Source: Comamonadaceae bacterium
GTDB taxonomy: Bacteria; Pseudomonadota; Gammaproteobacteria; Burkholderiales; Burkholderiaceae_C
Direction of reading: 5' to 3'
NCBI GenBank assembly: GCA_947453965.1
Contig: CANGIQ010000001.1
Span: 52,060-116,059, forward strand
DNA: 64,000 nucleotides
In this document: in pieces, positions 52,739-61,917 of the stretch
Numbering within the stretch: position 1 is the stretch's first letter
Layout: every line of letters starts with the position of its first letter
Translations under genes and position numbers: made by a program
Notes under the pieces: generated by a model
What the model saw: only the letters and a program-made list of their open reading frames with translations
Told to the model about the DNA's origin: nothing
Database searches by the model: none

Positions 52739-54592
52739 TCAAGCTTGAGGCTTGAGGATGTAGTGCAAGGTGTCGGCATGCAGCGCCGCCACGGTGTCGG
52801 CGCGGTGGGTCAGCACCGAGCGCTGGTTGATCGAGCCCTTGTCGGTGATTTCACCCTTGTCGATGGTGGGCGGCTCGCTCAGCAAACACAGGCGGGCGAT
52901 GCGGTTGGCGCTGCCGGTGGCGGACTTGGCGAGTTCGTTGACGATCTCCTGGAACTTGGCCAGAACCGTGGCCGAGGCCAGCACATCGGCCATCGGGGCA
53001 TCGGCACCCAGGCCGCTCAGGGCTCGCACGGCTGGTGTCGGGAAAATCATGGCACCGACTTCTTTCATGTTCAGGCCTGTGAGCACTGCGTCCTGGATGT
53101 AAGGGGCACCTGCTGCGATGATCTTGCCGCGCAACGGGCCCACGCTCACAAAGGTGCCGGTGGCGAGCTTGAAGTCTTCGGCAATGCGGCCGTCGAATTT
53201 CAGGCCCAGGTGCACATCGGTTTCGTCGATCCACTTGACCGCGTCGCCGGTTTTGAAGAAGCCTTCTTCGTCAAACGCGCCTGCGGTTTCTTCCGGGTTG
53301 CGCCAGTAGCCGGGCGTGATGTTGGGGCCGCGGTAGCGCACCTCGGTCTTGCCTTGCATGTCCACCAACTTCAATTCCAGACCCGGGGTGGGCACGCCCA
53401 AGTCGCCCGCCTGCACAAAGGGGTTGGTCACGAAGATGCCGAATGGGCCGGACTCGGTCATGCCTAGGCCCGTGCCCATGACGATGCGTTCACCGACTTC
53501 ACGCTCTTGCGAGGCGTACAGGCTGTCCCAAATCGGTTGGGCCAGCGCTGCACCGGCGTAGAAGAACATCTGCACCCGCGACAGCAGCGTTTTGCGCAGC
53601 TGGTCGTCTGTTTTCATGGCGTTGGCAATCGCTTCAAAGCCGGTCGGCACGTTGAAGTACACCGTGGGCGCGATCTCGCGCAGGTTGCGCAAGGTCTCGC
53701 CAATCAATGCCGGTGTGGGCTTGCCGTCGTCGATGTAGAGTGTGCCGCCGTGGTAGATCACCATGCCCACGTTGTGGTTGCCACCGAAGGTGTGGTTCCA
53801 CGGCAGCCAATCGATCAGCACCAGTTCTTTTTCCGCCAGCACCGGCATGGACTGGGCCATTTGCTGCTGGTTGGCGCACCACAGGCGTTGTGTGTTGATG
53901 ACGGCCTTGGGCAGCTTGGTTGAGCCGCTGGTGAACAAGAACTTGACGATGGTGTCGGGGCCGGTGGCGGCAATCGCTGCATCCACCGCGGGCGTGGCAG
54001 TAGTGGTGCACAGGCTGTTGAAGGATGTGACCTTGCGGCCCTCTACAGCGCCTTCGACCATCACCACTTCCATCTCATCGCTCACCGTGGCTGCAATGGC
54101 TTTGGCATAGCGCGCGTCAGACGCGAACACCATGCCCGGCGTGACGGTTTTGAGCACATGCTTGAGCTTGTCGTAGTCCACGCTCACCAGCGAATAGGGC
54201 GGCGAGGTGGGCACAAAAGGCACACCGGCAAGCATGCAGCCCAGACCCATCAGGGCGTGTTCCAGGCTGTTTTCGCTCAGGATGACGACAGGGCGCTCGG
54301 CGTTCAGACCACGGTCAATCAGGCCTTGCGCAATGTTGCGCGCCGTGGCCCAGGCTTGGGCGTAAGTGATGTGCTGCCAGTCACCGCTGGTGCCGTCAGC
54401 TTGTTTGACACGGCGCGCCATGAAGCTGTGTTCGGGCTTGGTCTGTGCCCAGTGCTGCAGGCGGTCGGTCATGCGCTCGGCAAATGGCTGCAGGGGCTGC
54501 TCGGCGGTCAGGTAATGGGTGCCGGGCACGCCATCGCGCAAGGTGACGCGGGTGACGCCGAACTTCAGGGGTCGGAATTTGGGTGCGCTCAT
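52739..54592 (-). CDS. AMP-dependent acyl-CoA synthetase (feruloyl-CoA-synthase-like)
   Basis: 617 aa from the ATG at 54592. AMP-binding motif LFTSGSTKLPKAV. The substrate is not determinable. Confidence 0.82.
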   Translation of the reverse strand: MSAPKFRPLKFGVTRVTLRDGVPGTHYLTAEQPLQPFAERMTDRLQHWAQTKPEHSFMARRVKQADGTSGDWQHITYAQAWATARNIAQGLIDRGLNAERPVVILSENSLEHALMGLGCMLAGVPFVPTSPPYSLVSVDYDKLKHVLKTVTPGMVFASDARYAKAIAATVSDEMEVVMVEGAVEGRKVTSFNSLCTTTATPAVDAAIAATGPDTIVKFLFTSGSTKLPKAVINTQRLWCANQQQMAQSMPVLAEKELVLIDWLPWNHTFGGNHNVGMVIYHGGTLYIDDGKPTPALIGETLRNLREIAPTVYFNVPTGFEAIANAMKTDDQLRKTLLSRVQMFFYAGAALAQPIWDSLYASQEREVGERIVMGTGLGMTESGPFGIFVTNPFVQAGDLGVPTPGLELKLVDMQGKTEVRYRGPNITPGYWRNPEETAGAFDEEGFFKTGDAVKWIDETDVHLGLKFDGRIAEDFKLATGTFVSVGPLRGKIIAAGAPYIQDAVLTGLNMKEVGAMIFPTPAVRALSGLGADAPMADVLASATVLAKFQEIVNELAKSATGSANRIARLCLLSEPPTIDKGEITDKGSINQRSVLTHRADTVAALHADTLHYILKPQA

Positions 54593-54626
54593 GTGTGTCT
54601 CCGTATTTTTTTCAGGCGCCGCAGGC

Positions 54627-55433
54627 TCAGCTCTTTTGCACTTTGGCGGCTTTGCCTTCGAGAAAGGCGCGCACACGGGCTTTGGCTTCGGGGGCAGCTT
54701 GGGCAATCGAGGCCATCAGCGCTTCGGTGAAGAAGCCATGGTCGGCCGGTTGTTCGGCAATGCGGGGCAGGGCGTGGGTCAGCGCAAAGTTTGTCAGTGG
54801 CGCGTTGGTGGCAATGCGGGTGGCCAGCTCAATCGCCTTGGTCAAGGCCGTGCCTTGAGGTACGAGGTACTGGGCAAACCCTGCGCGCTCACCGTCTTGG
54901 GCGTTGTAAACGCGGCCGGTCAGCATCATGTCGGTCATGCGGGCTGCGCCGATCAGCTTGGGCACACGCACCGAGCCGCCGCCGCCCACAAAGATGCCGC
55001 GTGTGCCTTCGGGCAGGGCGTAGAAGGTGCTTTCGTCAGCCACGCGGATGTGGCTGGCGCTGGCCAGCTCCAAGCCGCCGCCGACCACCGCACCGTGCAG
55101 GGCTGCGACCACGGGCACACGGCCTTGTTCGACGGCGTTGAGGGCCACGTGCCAGCTGCGCGAGTGGTGGATGCCTTCACCGGCATCGCGCTCTTTGAGT
55201 TCGGACAGGTCCAGACCGGCGCAGAAGTGGTCGCCTTCACCGTGGATCACGGCGGCGCCCGCTTCGGCGGGCAGGTTCTGGAACACATCGCGCAGCGCTT
55301 CGATCAGGCTGTCGCTCAAGGCGTTGCGCTTGGCAGGGCGGCACAAACGCACCACAGCGACGGCGCCTTGCATCTCCAGGGAGACCCCATGGGCGGCGGC
55401 GCGTTCGAGGATCGGGTTGCTGGCGTGTGTCAT
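54627..55433 (-). CDS. enoyl-CoA hydratase/isomerase (crotonase) family protein
   Basis: 268 aa from the ATG at 55433. RPAKRNAL, FCAGLDL, ALHGAVVGGGLELA. Confidence 0.88.
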   Translation of the reverse strand: MTHASNPILERAAAHGVSLEMQGAVAVVRLCRPAKRNALSDSLIEALRDVFQNLPAEAGAAVIHGEGDHFCAGLDLSELKERDAGEGIHHSRSWHVALNAVEQGRVPVVAALHGAVVGGGLELASASHIRVADESTFYALPEGTRGIFVGGGGSVRVPKLIGAARMTDMMLTGRVYNAQDGERAGFAQYLVPQGTALTKAIELATRIATNAPLTNFALTHALPRIAEQPADHGFFTEALMASIAQAAPEAKARVRAFLEGKAAKVQKS

Positions 55434-55452
55434 CACAGTGTCCTTTGTAAAA

Positions 55453-55502
55453 CTTGACCCAAACGTCAAGAAGGTTATTATTGATAACGATATTGTGAGC
55501 AA
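55453..55502 (-). promoter_or_regulatory. candidate sigma70 promoter plus palindromic operator of the catabolic operon
   Basis: The minus strand reads TTGCTC-N16-TAATAA-cctt-CTTGAC-gtttgg-GTCAAG, followed by AAGGA-N7-ATG. The 6-6-6 palindrome (55453-55470) sits around the predicted transcription start. Confidence 0.35.
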
Positions 55503-55647
55503 GCAGCTGCAGTTTTTTTCTTGGTGCTTACCCGAGGTTGGGCCGGAAAATTCTTGCGTCTAGCTTGCAAGCGACAGCCGCTGCAAGGCGCATCGGCTAT
55601 GGTTAACCCCTTTCTCTGTGATTCCCTTGTGTTGTGACTGGAGCCCT

Positions 55648-56520
55648 ATGAAACACGAAGACCTGATCGCCATCGACATCCACACCCATGCCGAGGTGAG
55701 CTGCCGCAACCCGTTTGACAACTACGGCGAGGAATACGACCGCGCCGCCGACAAGTTCTTTGGCAGCGACCGCCGCCCGACGATTGAAGAAACCGTGGCT
55801 TATTACCGCGAACGCAAGATCGGTTTGGTCATGTTCACGGTGGACAGCGAGTCGCAGCTGGGCCGTCGCCGCATTCCCAACGAAGAGATTGCCGACGCCG
55901 CCAAGGCCAACAGCGACATGATGATTGCGTTTGCCAGCATCGACCCCCACAAGGGCAAGATGGGCGCGCGCGAAGCCGAGCGCCTGATCAAGGAAGACGG
56001 TATCAAGGGCTTCAAGTTCCACCCCACGGTGCAGGGCTACCACCCTTACGACAAGATGGCGTGGCCGATCTACGAGGTGATCAACCACTACAAGCTGCCT
56101 GCGATTTTTCACACGGGGCACAGCGGCATTGGCAGCGGCATGCGCTGTGGCGGCGGCCTGCGCTTGGCCTACAGCAACCCCATGCACTTGGACGATGTGG
56201 CGATTGATTGGCCCGACATGCAAATCGTCATGGCACACCCGAGCTTTCCGTGGCAAGACGAGGCTTTGAGCGTGGCCACCCACAAGCCCAATGTGTGGAT
56301 TGACCTGTCGGGCTGGAGCCCCAAGTACTTTCCCAAGCAGCTCATCCAGTATGCCAACACGCTGCTCAAAGACCGCGTGCTGTTTGGCAGCGATTACCCG
56401 CTGATCACGCCCGAGCGCTGGATGAAAGACTTTGAGGTGGCAGGCTTCAAGCCCGAGGTGATGCCTGGCATCTTGAAGGGCAACGCGGTGCGCTTGCTGG
56501 GTCTGGATCAAGCGAAGTAA
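55648..56520 (+). CDS. amidohydrolase-2 (metal-dependent hydrolase/decarboxylase) family protein
   Basis: 290 aa from the ATG at 55648. N-terminal metal-binding IDIHTHA, and FHTGHSG. Confidence 0.8.
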   Translation: MKHEDLIAIDIHTHAEVSCRNPFDNYGEEYDRAADKFFGSDRRPTIEETVAYYRERKIGLVMFTVDSESQLGRRRIPNEEIADAAKANSDMMIAFASIDPHKGKMGAREAERLIKEDGIKGFKFHPTVQGYHPYDKMAWPIYEVINHYKLPAIFHTGHSGIGSGMRCGGGLRLAYSNPMHLDDVAIDWPDMQIVMAHPSFPWQDEALSVATHKPNVWIDLSGWSPKYFPKQLIQYANTLLKDRVLFGSDYPLITPERWMKDFEVAGFKPEVMPGILKGNAVRLLGLDQAK

Positions 56521-56538
56521 ATCAAATACCCACCCCGC

Positions 56539-57489
56539 ATGCTCAATATTTTGTCGATCACCGGTCCGATTTACCTATCCATTGGCGTGGGCTATGTGGC
56601 CACACGTCAAGGCTTTTTCAGCAAAACCGATGGTCAGGTGTTGGGCCGCTTTGTGCTGAACTTTGGTTTACCCGCCATGCTGTTCAACGCATTGGCGCAG
56701 CGCCAGTTCTCGGACATCTTGCACCCTGGCTATTTGGTGGCCTATGGTGTGGGGTCGTTTCTGGCCTTGAGCGCTGGTTTTGCCATTTGGCATTGGGGGC
56801 GGGGCAAGGGGCGTTCTGAAAGTGCCCTGGTGGCGATGGGGTTCTGCTCATCAAACAGCGGCTATGTGGGCTACCCGATCTTGTTGCAAATCTTGGGGCC
56901 TGCCGCGGGCGTGGGTTTGGCTTTGTCAATGTTGATCGAGAACTTGTTCATCATTCCTTTGTCGCTGGCGATTGCCGACAGCGGCGAGGCCACCCACGAC
57001 TCCTGGTGGCACATGGTGTGGGCGAGTTTGAAAAACATGTTGAAGCTGCCCATGATCTGGGCCATTTTGGCGGGCTTTATTTGTTCCTTGTTGGGGGTTC
57101 AGTTGCCGGAGGTGGTGTCCAAAACGGTGAACTTATTTGCCGCGTCTTGCGCTGCCGCTGCCTTGTTTGTGAACGGCGGCTCTTTGGTGGGCATGCGTTT
57201 CTTTGGTGCTTTGAGTGAGGTGAGCTGGGTGGCATTTGGCAAATTGGTGCTGCACCCGCTGTGTGTGGGCGCCATGCTGTGGGTGGTCGGACCGATGGAA
57301 GCGGGCTTGCAAATTTCGGCCATTGTGTTGGCGGCCATGCCCATGTTGGGCATTTACCCCTTGCTGGCGCAGCGCCATGGCCATCAGGCCTTGTGTGCGG
57401 CCGCTTTGTTGGTGACCACGGTGATGTCGTTTTTCAGCATCAGTTTGATGTTGTGGGGCATGAGCCAAGTGCCTGGCTGGCACATTTAA
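56539..57489 (+). CDS. AEC (auxin efflux carrier) family transporter
   Basis: 316 aa with about 10 TM segments. The N-terminus resembles AEC/malonate-type permeases (family call from memory). Confidence 0.7.
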   Translation: MLNILSITGPIYLSIGVGYVATRQGFFSKTDGQVLGRFVLNFGLPAMLFNALAQRQFSDILHPGYLVAYGVGSFLALSAGFAIWHWGRGKGRSESALVAMGFCSSNSGYVGYPILLQILGPAAGVGLALSMLIENLFIIPLSLAIADSGEATHDSWWHMVWASLKNMLKLPMIWAILAGFICSLLGVQLPEVVSKTVNLFAASCAAAALFVNGGSLVGMRFFGALSEVSWVAFGKLVLHPLCVGAMLWVVGPMEAGLQISAIVLAAMPMLGIYPLLAQRHGHQALCAAALLVTTVMSFFSISLMLWGMSQVPGWHI

Positions 57490-57494
57490 ACGCC

Positions 57495-57884
57495 ATGCAG
57501 ATTGACGAGTCCGAGGTTGAGCTCACCGCCATTCGTGCCCAAGGCGCGGGTGGGCAAAACGTCAACAAGGTCTCCAGCGCCATCCATTTGCGCTTTGACA
57601 TCGTGGCCTCGTCTCTGCCCGAGGGCGTCAAGCAACGCTTGTTGGCGTTGAACGACCAGCGCATCACGCGCGAGGGCGTGGTGGTCATCAAATCGCAAGA
57701 GCACCGCAGCCAAGACATGAACCGCATGGAGGCGCTGGCGCGTTTGATGGAGTTGGTGCAAAGCGTGGCGCAGCCACCTAAAAAACGCAGACCAACCAAG
57801 CCCACCTATGCCTCCAAGCAACGGCGCTTGGAGAGCAAGAAAAAGCAGTCAGACACCAAGTCGCAGCGCAGCAAGGTGTTCTGA
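57495..57884 (+). CDS. arfB: alternative ribosome-rescue factor ArfB (peptidyl-tRNA hydrolase, YaeJ-like)
   Basis: 129 aa from the ATG at 57495. GGQ motif in RAQGAGGQNVNKV and a basic C-terminal tail KKRRPTKPTYASKQRRLESKKK. Confidence 0.9.
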   Translation: MQIDESEVELTAIRAQGAGGQNVNKVSSAIHLRFDIVASSLPEGVKQRLLALNDQRITREGVVVIKSQEHRSQDMNRMEALARLMELVQSVAQPPKKRRPTKPTYASKQRRLESKKKQSDTKSQRSKVF

Positions 57885-57897
57885 CGCGAATGCCGTT

Positions 57898-58509
57898 TTA
57901 GCCTGGCATGCTCCAGCTTTGCTTCATGCTGTCGCGTTGCAGCACAGGCTCGGCGGCTTTTGCCAACCGTGGGTAGGCCTCACGCCAGGCCAGTTCGGGG
58001 TAGCGCAAATCCAAATACCAAAGCGCGCAGCCAATGGTGAGCAGCCCCAGGTGAAACTCGGCCTCAAAGACTTCGGGGTGTTGGTCCAAGTAGTGCAGCG
58101 AGGTACGGATGGCATCGAGCTTGCCATTGACCCACTCGGGCCAGCGCAGCGCTTCGGGGCGCACATGGTTTTCATAGCGAGCAAGCAAGGCCGCATCCAA
58201 GATGCCGTCGCCCAGCGATTGCAAGGTCAAGGCCTCCCAGCGCGCCGCGCCTTCTGCGGCGAGCAAGCTGCCGTGCCCGAGCGCGTTGAGGTACTCGCAA
58301 ATCACACGGCTGTCGTACAGGGCAGCACCATCGTCGGTGACGAAGGTGGGCACTTTTCCGAGTGGGTTGCTGGCGATGATGTGCGCATCGCGGTTGACGG
58401 GGTGCGCGTTGGCAGGCAGGAATTCGATCAAGTCGATCAAACCCAATTCGTAGGCCGTGACCAAGCACTTGCGCACATAGGGGGAGGTGGGTGAGAAAAA
58501 GATTTGCAT
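57898..58509 (-). CDS. glutathione S-transferase family protein
   Basis: 203 aa. Thioredoxin-like N-terminus (SPYVRK..., KVPTFV) and a helical C-terminal domain. Confidence 0.75.
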   Translation of the reverse strand: MQIFFSPTSPYVRKCLVTAYELGLIDLIEFLPANAHPVNRDAHIIASNPLGKVPTFVTDDGAALYDSRVICEYLNALGHGSLLAAEGAARWEALTLQSLGDGILDAALLARYENHVRPEALRWPEWVNGKLDAIRTSLHYLDQHPEVFEAEFHLGLLTIGCALWYLDLRYPELAWREAYPRLAKAAEPVLQRDSMKQSWSMPG

Positions 58510-58621
58510 GGTTCAGTATTTCCCAAGCGCCAACAAGCCGCTGTCACCAAGCAGACGCAGGGGGTGGCGCCTGCTCCACATAATCCGAGCCAAGAAGATT
58601 CAAACGACAAAGGAGACAGCG

Positions 58622-59608
58622 ATGCGTACTTTCTGTGCTGCAAGACGTATAGCCATGCGTGTGGCCTTGGGCCTGACGTTGGCCGTGCCGCTTTTGGCCA
58701 GCGCCCAGGCCTGGCCCAACAAGCCCATCAAGTGGATCATTCCCTACCCACCGGGCGGCATCACCGACAGTGCCACGCGCATGGTGGTGCAAAAAGTGCA
58801 AGAGCAAACGGGCTGGACCATCGTGGTCGAAAACAAACCCGGTGCTAACTCCATCTTGGGCGCCGACATTGCCGCCCGCGCCGCCCCCGATGGCTATACC
58901 TTCTTGACAGTGATTGGGGCCCATGCTGCCAATGCCACGCTGTATGCGGGCCGTTTGCCTTATGACGTGGTCAAGAGCTTTTCACCCGTCTCGCTGGTTG
59001 GCATTGCGCCGCTGGTGATGACGGTCAACAACAACCTGCCCGTCAAAGACGTCAAAGATTTGCTGGCTTACATCAAAGCCAATCCCGGCAAGGTGTCGTT
59101 TGGCTCCTCGGGCGTGGGGGCGGCGGCGCACTTGACGCAAGAGCTGTTCAAGCAAAACACCGGGGCCGACATTGCCCACGTGCCCTACAAAGGCACGGCC
59201 CCGGCCTTGAACGACCTGATGGGGGGCAATCTGCAAATCTTGACCGACACCGCCAGCGCCTTGATGCCGCATGTGCGCAGCGGAAAAATCAAAGCCGTGG
59301 CCGTGTTTGCCAACAAGCGCATTCCTGGCGCCGCCGAAGTGCCGACCATTGCCGAGGCCGGTGGCCCTGCCATGGAAGGCTCGACCTGGGTGATGTTTTT
59401 GACCCAGTCGGCGGTGCCGAAAAACATCGTGGCACGCATGTCGGCAGAAACCGCCAAAGCCATCAACTCGCCTGAACTGCGCGCCAAGTTTGAGAGCTTG
59501 GGCATTGAATCGGTGGGCAACACGCCCGAGCAAGCGGGCAAGTTCCTGGACGACGAAATTGTCAAATGGGCCAAGGTCATTGCTGCGGCCGGTGTGAAAG
59601 CCGAATAA
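58622..59608 (+). CDS. Bug/TctC-family substrate-binding protein
   Basis: 328 aa from the ATG at 58622. Signal peptide, then WPNKPIKWIIPYPPGGITD. Confidence 0.88.
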   Translation: MRTFCAARRIAMRVALGLTLAVPLLASAQAWPNKPIKWIIPYPPGGITDSATRMVVQKVQEQTGWTIVVENKPGANSILGADIAARAAPDGYTFLTVIGAHAANATLYAGRLPYDVVKSFSPVSLVGIAPLVMTVNNNLPVKDVKDLLAYIKANPGKVSFGSSGVGAAAHLTQELFKQNTGADIAHVPYKGTAPALNDLMGGNLQILTDTASALMPHVRSGKIKAVAVFANKRIPGAAEVPTIAEAGGPAMEGSTWVMFLTQSAVPKNIVARMSAETAKAINSPELRAKFESLGIESVGNTPEQAGKFLDDEIVKWAKVIAAAGVKAE

Positions 59609-59629
59609 ATTAACTCAAAAGGACATGTT

Positions 59630-60394
59630 GTGAACTTATTCAATCTCGAAGGCCAAGTGGCCATCATCACGGGTTCTTCACGCGGCATTGGCCGTGCCAT
59701 TGCCAAGCGCATGGCCGAGCATGGTGCACGGGTGGTGATTTCCTCGCGCAAGGCCGAGGCTTGTGCCGAGGTGGTCAACGCCATCAATGCCAAACATGGC
59801 GCGGGGCGAGCCATTGCGGTGCCTGCCAACATCTCGTCCAAGGACGATCTGGCCCATTTGGTGGCGGAGACCAACCGTCAGTTTGGTCATGTGGATGTGT
59901 TGGTGTGTAACGCGGCCAGCAACCCGTATTACGGCCCGCAAGCTGGGATTGCCGATGAGCAGTTCCGCAAAATCTTGGACAACAACATTGTGGCCAACCA
60001 CTGGTTGATCAACTTGGTGGCGCCTCAGATGATCGAGAAAAAATCAGGCTCCATCATCATCGTCTCGTCCATCGGTGGCCTGCGCGGCTCACCCGTGATT
60101 GGTGCCTATTGCATCAGCAAAGCGGCGGATATGCAGCTGGCGCGTAACTTGGCGGTGGAGTACGGCCCCCACAATGTGCGCGTCAATTGCATTGCCCCGG
60201 GTTTGATCAAAACCGATTTCGCGCGCGCCCTGTGGGAAGACAGCGAGATGCTGACCGAGCGCATGAGCACCACGCCGCTGCGCCGCATTGGCGAGCCCGA
60301 TGAAATTGCCGGTGCTGCCGTGTTCTTGGCCTCGCAAGCAGGCTCGTATGTGACGGGCCAGAGTTTGGTGGTCGACGGTGGGGTGACGATTTAA
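59630..60394 (+). CDS. SDR-family oxidoreductase
   Basis: 254 aa with a GTG start. TGSSRGIGRAIA and catalytic YCISKAA. Confidence 0.88.
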   Translation: MNLFNLEGQVAIITGSSRGIGRAIAKRMAEHGARVVISSRKAEACAEVVNAINAKHGAGRAIAVPANISSKDDLAHLVAETNRQFGHVDVLVCNAASNPYYGPQAGIADEQFRKILDNNIVANHWLINLVAPQMIEKKSGSIIIVSSIGGLRGSPVIGAYCISKAADMQLARNLAVEYGPHNVRVNCIAPGLIKTDFARALWEDSEMLTERMSTTPLRRIGEPDEIAGAAVFLASQAGSYVTGQSLVVDGGVTI

Positions 60395-60735
60395 GTCTGA
60401 TCGTCGACGATCACGCCTTTGCTGCTGACTGGCTCATGGTGGGCGCTGCTCAAACCCTTGATTTCAAATTCGCGCACCACTTCGCCTGAGACTTGGTTGG
60501 TGACTTTGATTTTCAAGGCGTTCGAATCATGGTCGACCGAAAACCCAAGTTCCACGAAGCTGCTGTCGTTTTTGACTTCGTGTGGACGTGGTGTGGCAGT
60601 GGTGGGCGGCACGGCAGCTTGCTCTGGATGGGGGGATGAATTCAGGTGTGCAGACGCCAACTGTCCGTTCCCCTGGCCAACGGGCAGGGTAGGGGTGGAA
60701 GGGGTAATGGCTTGAATTTCAAGGGGTGGGGACAT
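60391..60735 (-). CDS. FlaG-like small protein
   Basis: 114 aa from the ATG at 60735. The C-terminal half LGFSVDHDSNALKIKVTNQVSGEVVREFEI...KGVIVDDQ resembles the FlaG family core. No flagellar genes are nearby. Confidence 0.5.
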   Translation of the reverse strand: MSPPLEIQAITPSTPTLPVGQGNGQLASAHLNSSPHPEQAAVPPTTATPRPHEVKNDSSFVELGFSVDHDSNALKIKVTNQVSGEVVREFEIKGLSSAHHEPVSSKGVIVDDQT

Positions 60736-60913
60736 GATGCACCTCGCTCTCTTGCTCACAGAATCGGTTGAATCTGGCTGAACTTGAGGTGTCCAACCGT
60801 TCACGACCCTGAGATGACAGCTTTGTCATGGGATGACAACTTATTACTGGCAAACACCGAGAAGCGTGGCTGAATCTTGTGGCTATTCTCTACAGCACAC
60901 CAGAAAGGGTTTT

Positions 60914-61912
60914 ATGTTGAAGTCTTTGCGTATGAACCGTCGTCATCTTTTGTGGGCCGCTGCAGGCTGGCTCGCTGCCGCTGCCTTGCCTGTTCAGGCA
61001 CAAGGACAGGCGAACAACTGGCCCACCAAAACAATCCGCATCGTGGTGGCGTTTCCTCCTGGCGGTTTGACCGATGCCTATGCCCGCCTGTACGCCGAGC
61101 AGCTCACGGCCAAATTCGGTGTGCCTGCCATCGTGGACAACAAACCCGGGGCAGGCGCCATCATTGGCATTGACACCGTGGCCAAAGCCCCAGCGGACGG
61201 TTACACCTTGCTCATGACCACCTCGGGCACGGTGTACCAAAACCGGGTGCTCTACAGCAAGCTGCCGTACAACCTGGATAAAGACTTGACGCCGGTGGCC
61301 GTGTTCCCGTCCGGGCCGCTGGTGGTGGGGGTACCTGAGAAATTGGGCATCAACACCATGGCCGAGTTCATGCAATACGCCAAAAAGAACCCTACCTCGA
61401 TGGGCAGCTATGCCCCTGGTGGCTACCCGCACATGGTGGCAGACCAGATCAACCGCAAAGAGGGCACCCAGATTCAAACCATTTCCTACCGCGGCGAGTC
61501 CCCCATGTGGCTGGATTTGGCCTCGGCGCAATCTCAAATTGCAATTGGCAGCTACCAAGCATTCGCCACGGTGCAATCCCGTGGTGTCAAAGCCATTGGC
61601 GTGACGGGCTCTTACCGCTCCCCCAAATTGCCCGATGTGCCGACCTTGGTCGAACAAGGCCTGGACCCACGCTTGGTGGGCTTGGAAGGGGGCTTGCCCT
61701 TGATGGCGCCGGCCGGCACGCCTGAAGCGGTGTTGAAAGCCTTGTCGCAAGTGGCGGTGGAAGGAGCCAACACACCGCGGGCCATTCAGCTGCGCGAAAC
61801 TTTTGCGATTCCCAACAAGCCTAAAAACCTGGAAGGCACACGTGCCGATTGGGCGCGGGACGTGCCGATTTGGATCAAACTGGCGGTTGACCTCGGTATC
61901 AAGCTCGATTGA
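60914..61912 (+). CDS. Bug/TctC-family substrate-binding protein
   Basis: 332 aa from the ATG at 60914. Tat-like NRRHLLWAAAGWLAAAALPVQA, then WPTKTIRIVVAFPPGGLTD. Confidence 0.88.
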   Translation: MLKSLRMNRRHLLWAAAGWLAAAALPVQAQGQANNWPTKTIRIVVAFPPGGLTDAYARLYAEQLTAKFGVPAIVDNKPGAGAIIGIDTVAKAPADGYTLLMTTSGTVYQNRVLYSKLPYNLDKDLTPVAVFPSGPLVVGVPEKLGINTMAEFMQYAKKNPTSMGSYAPGGYPHMVADQINRKEGTQIQTISYRGESPMWLDLASAQSQIAIGSYQAFATVQSRGVKAIGVTGSYRSPKLPDVPTLVEQGLDPRLVGLEGGLPLMAPAGTPEAVLKALSQVAVEGANTPRAIQLRETFAIPNKPKNLEGTRADWARDVPIWIKLAVDLGIKLD

Positions 61913-61917
61913 GGTCT

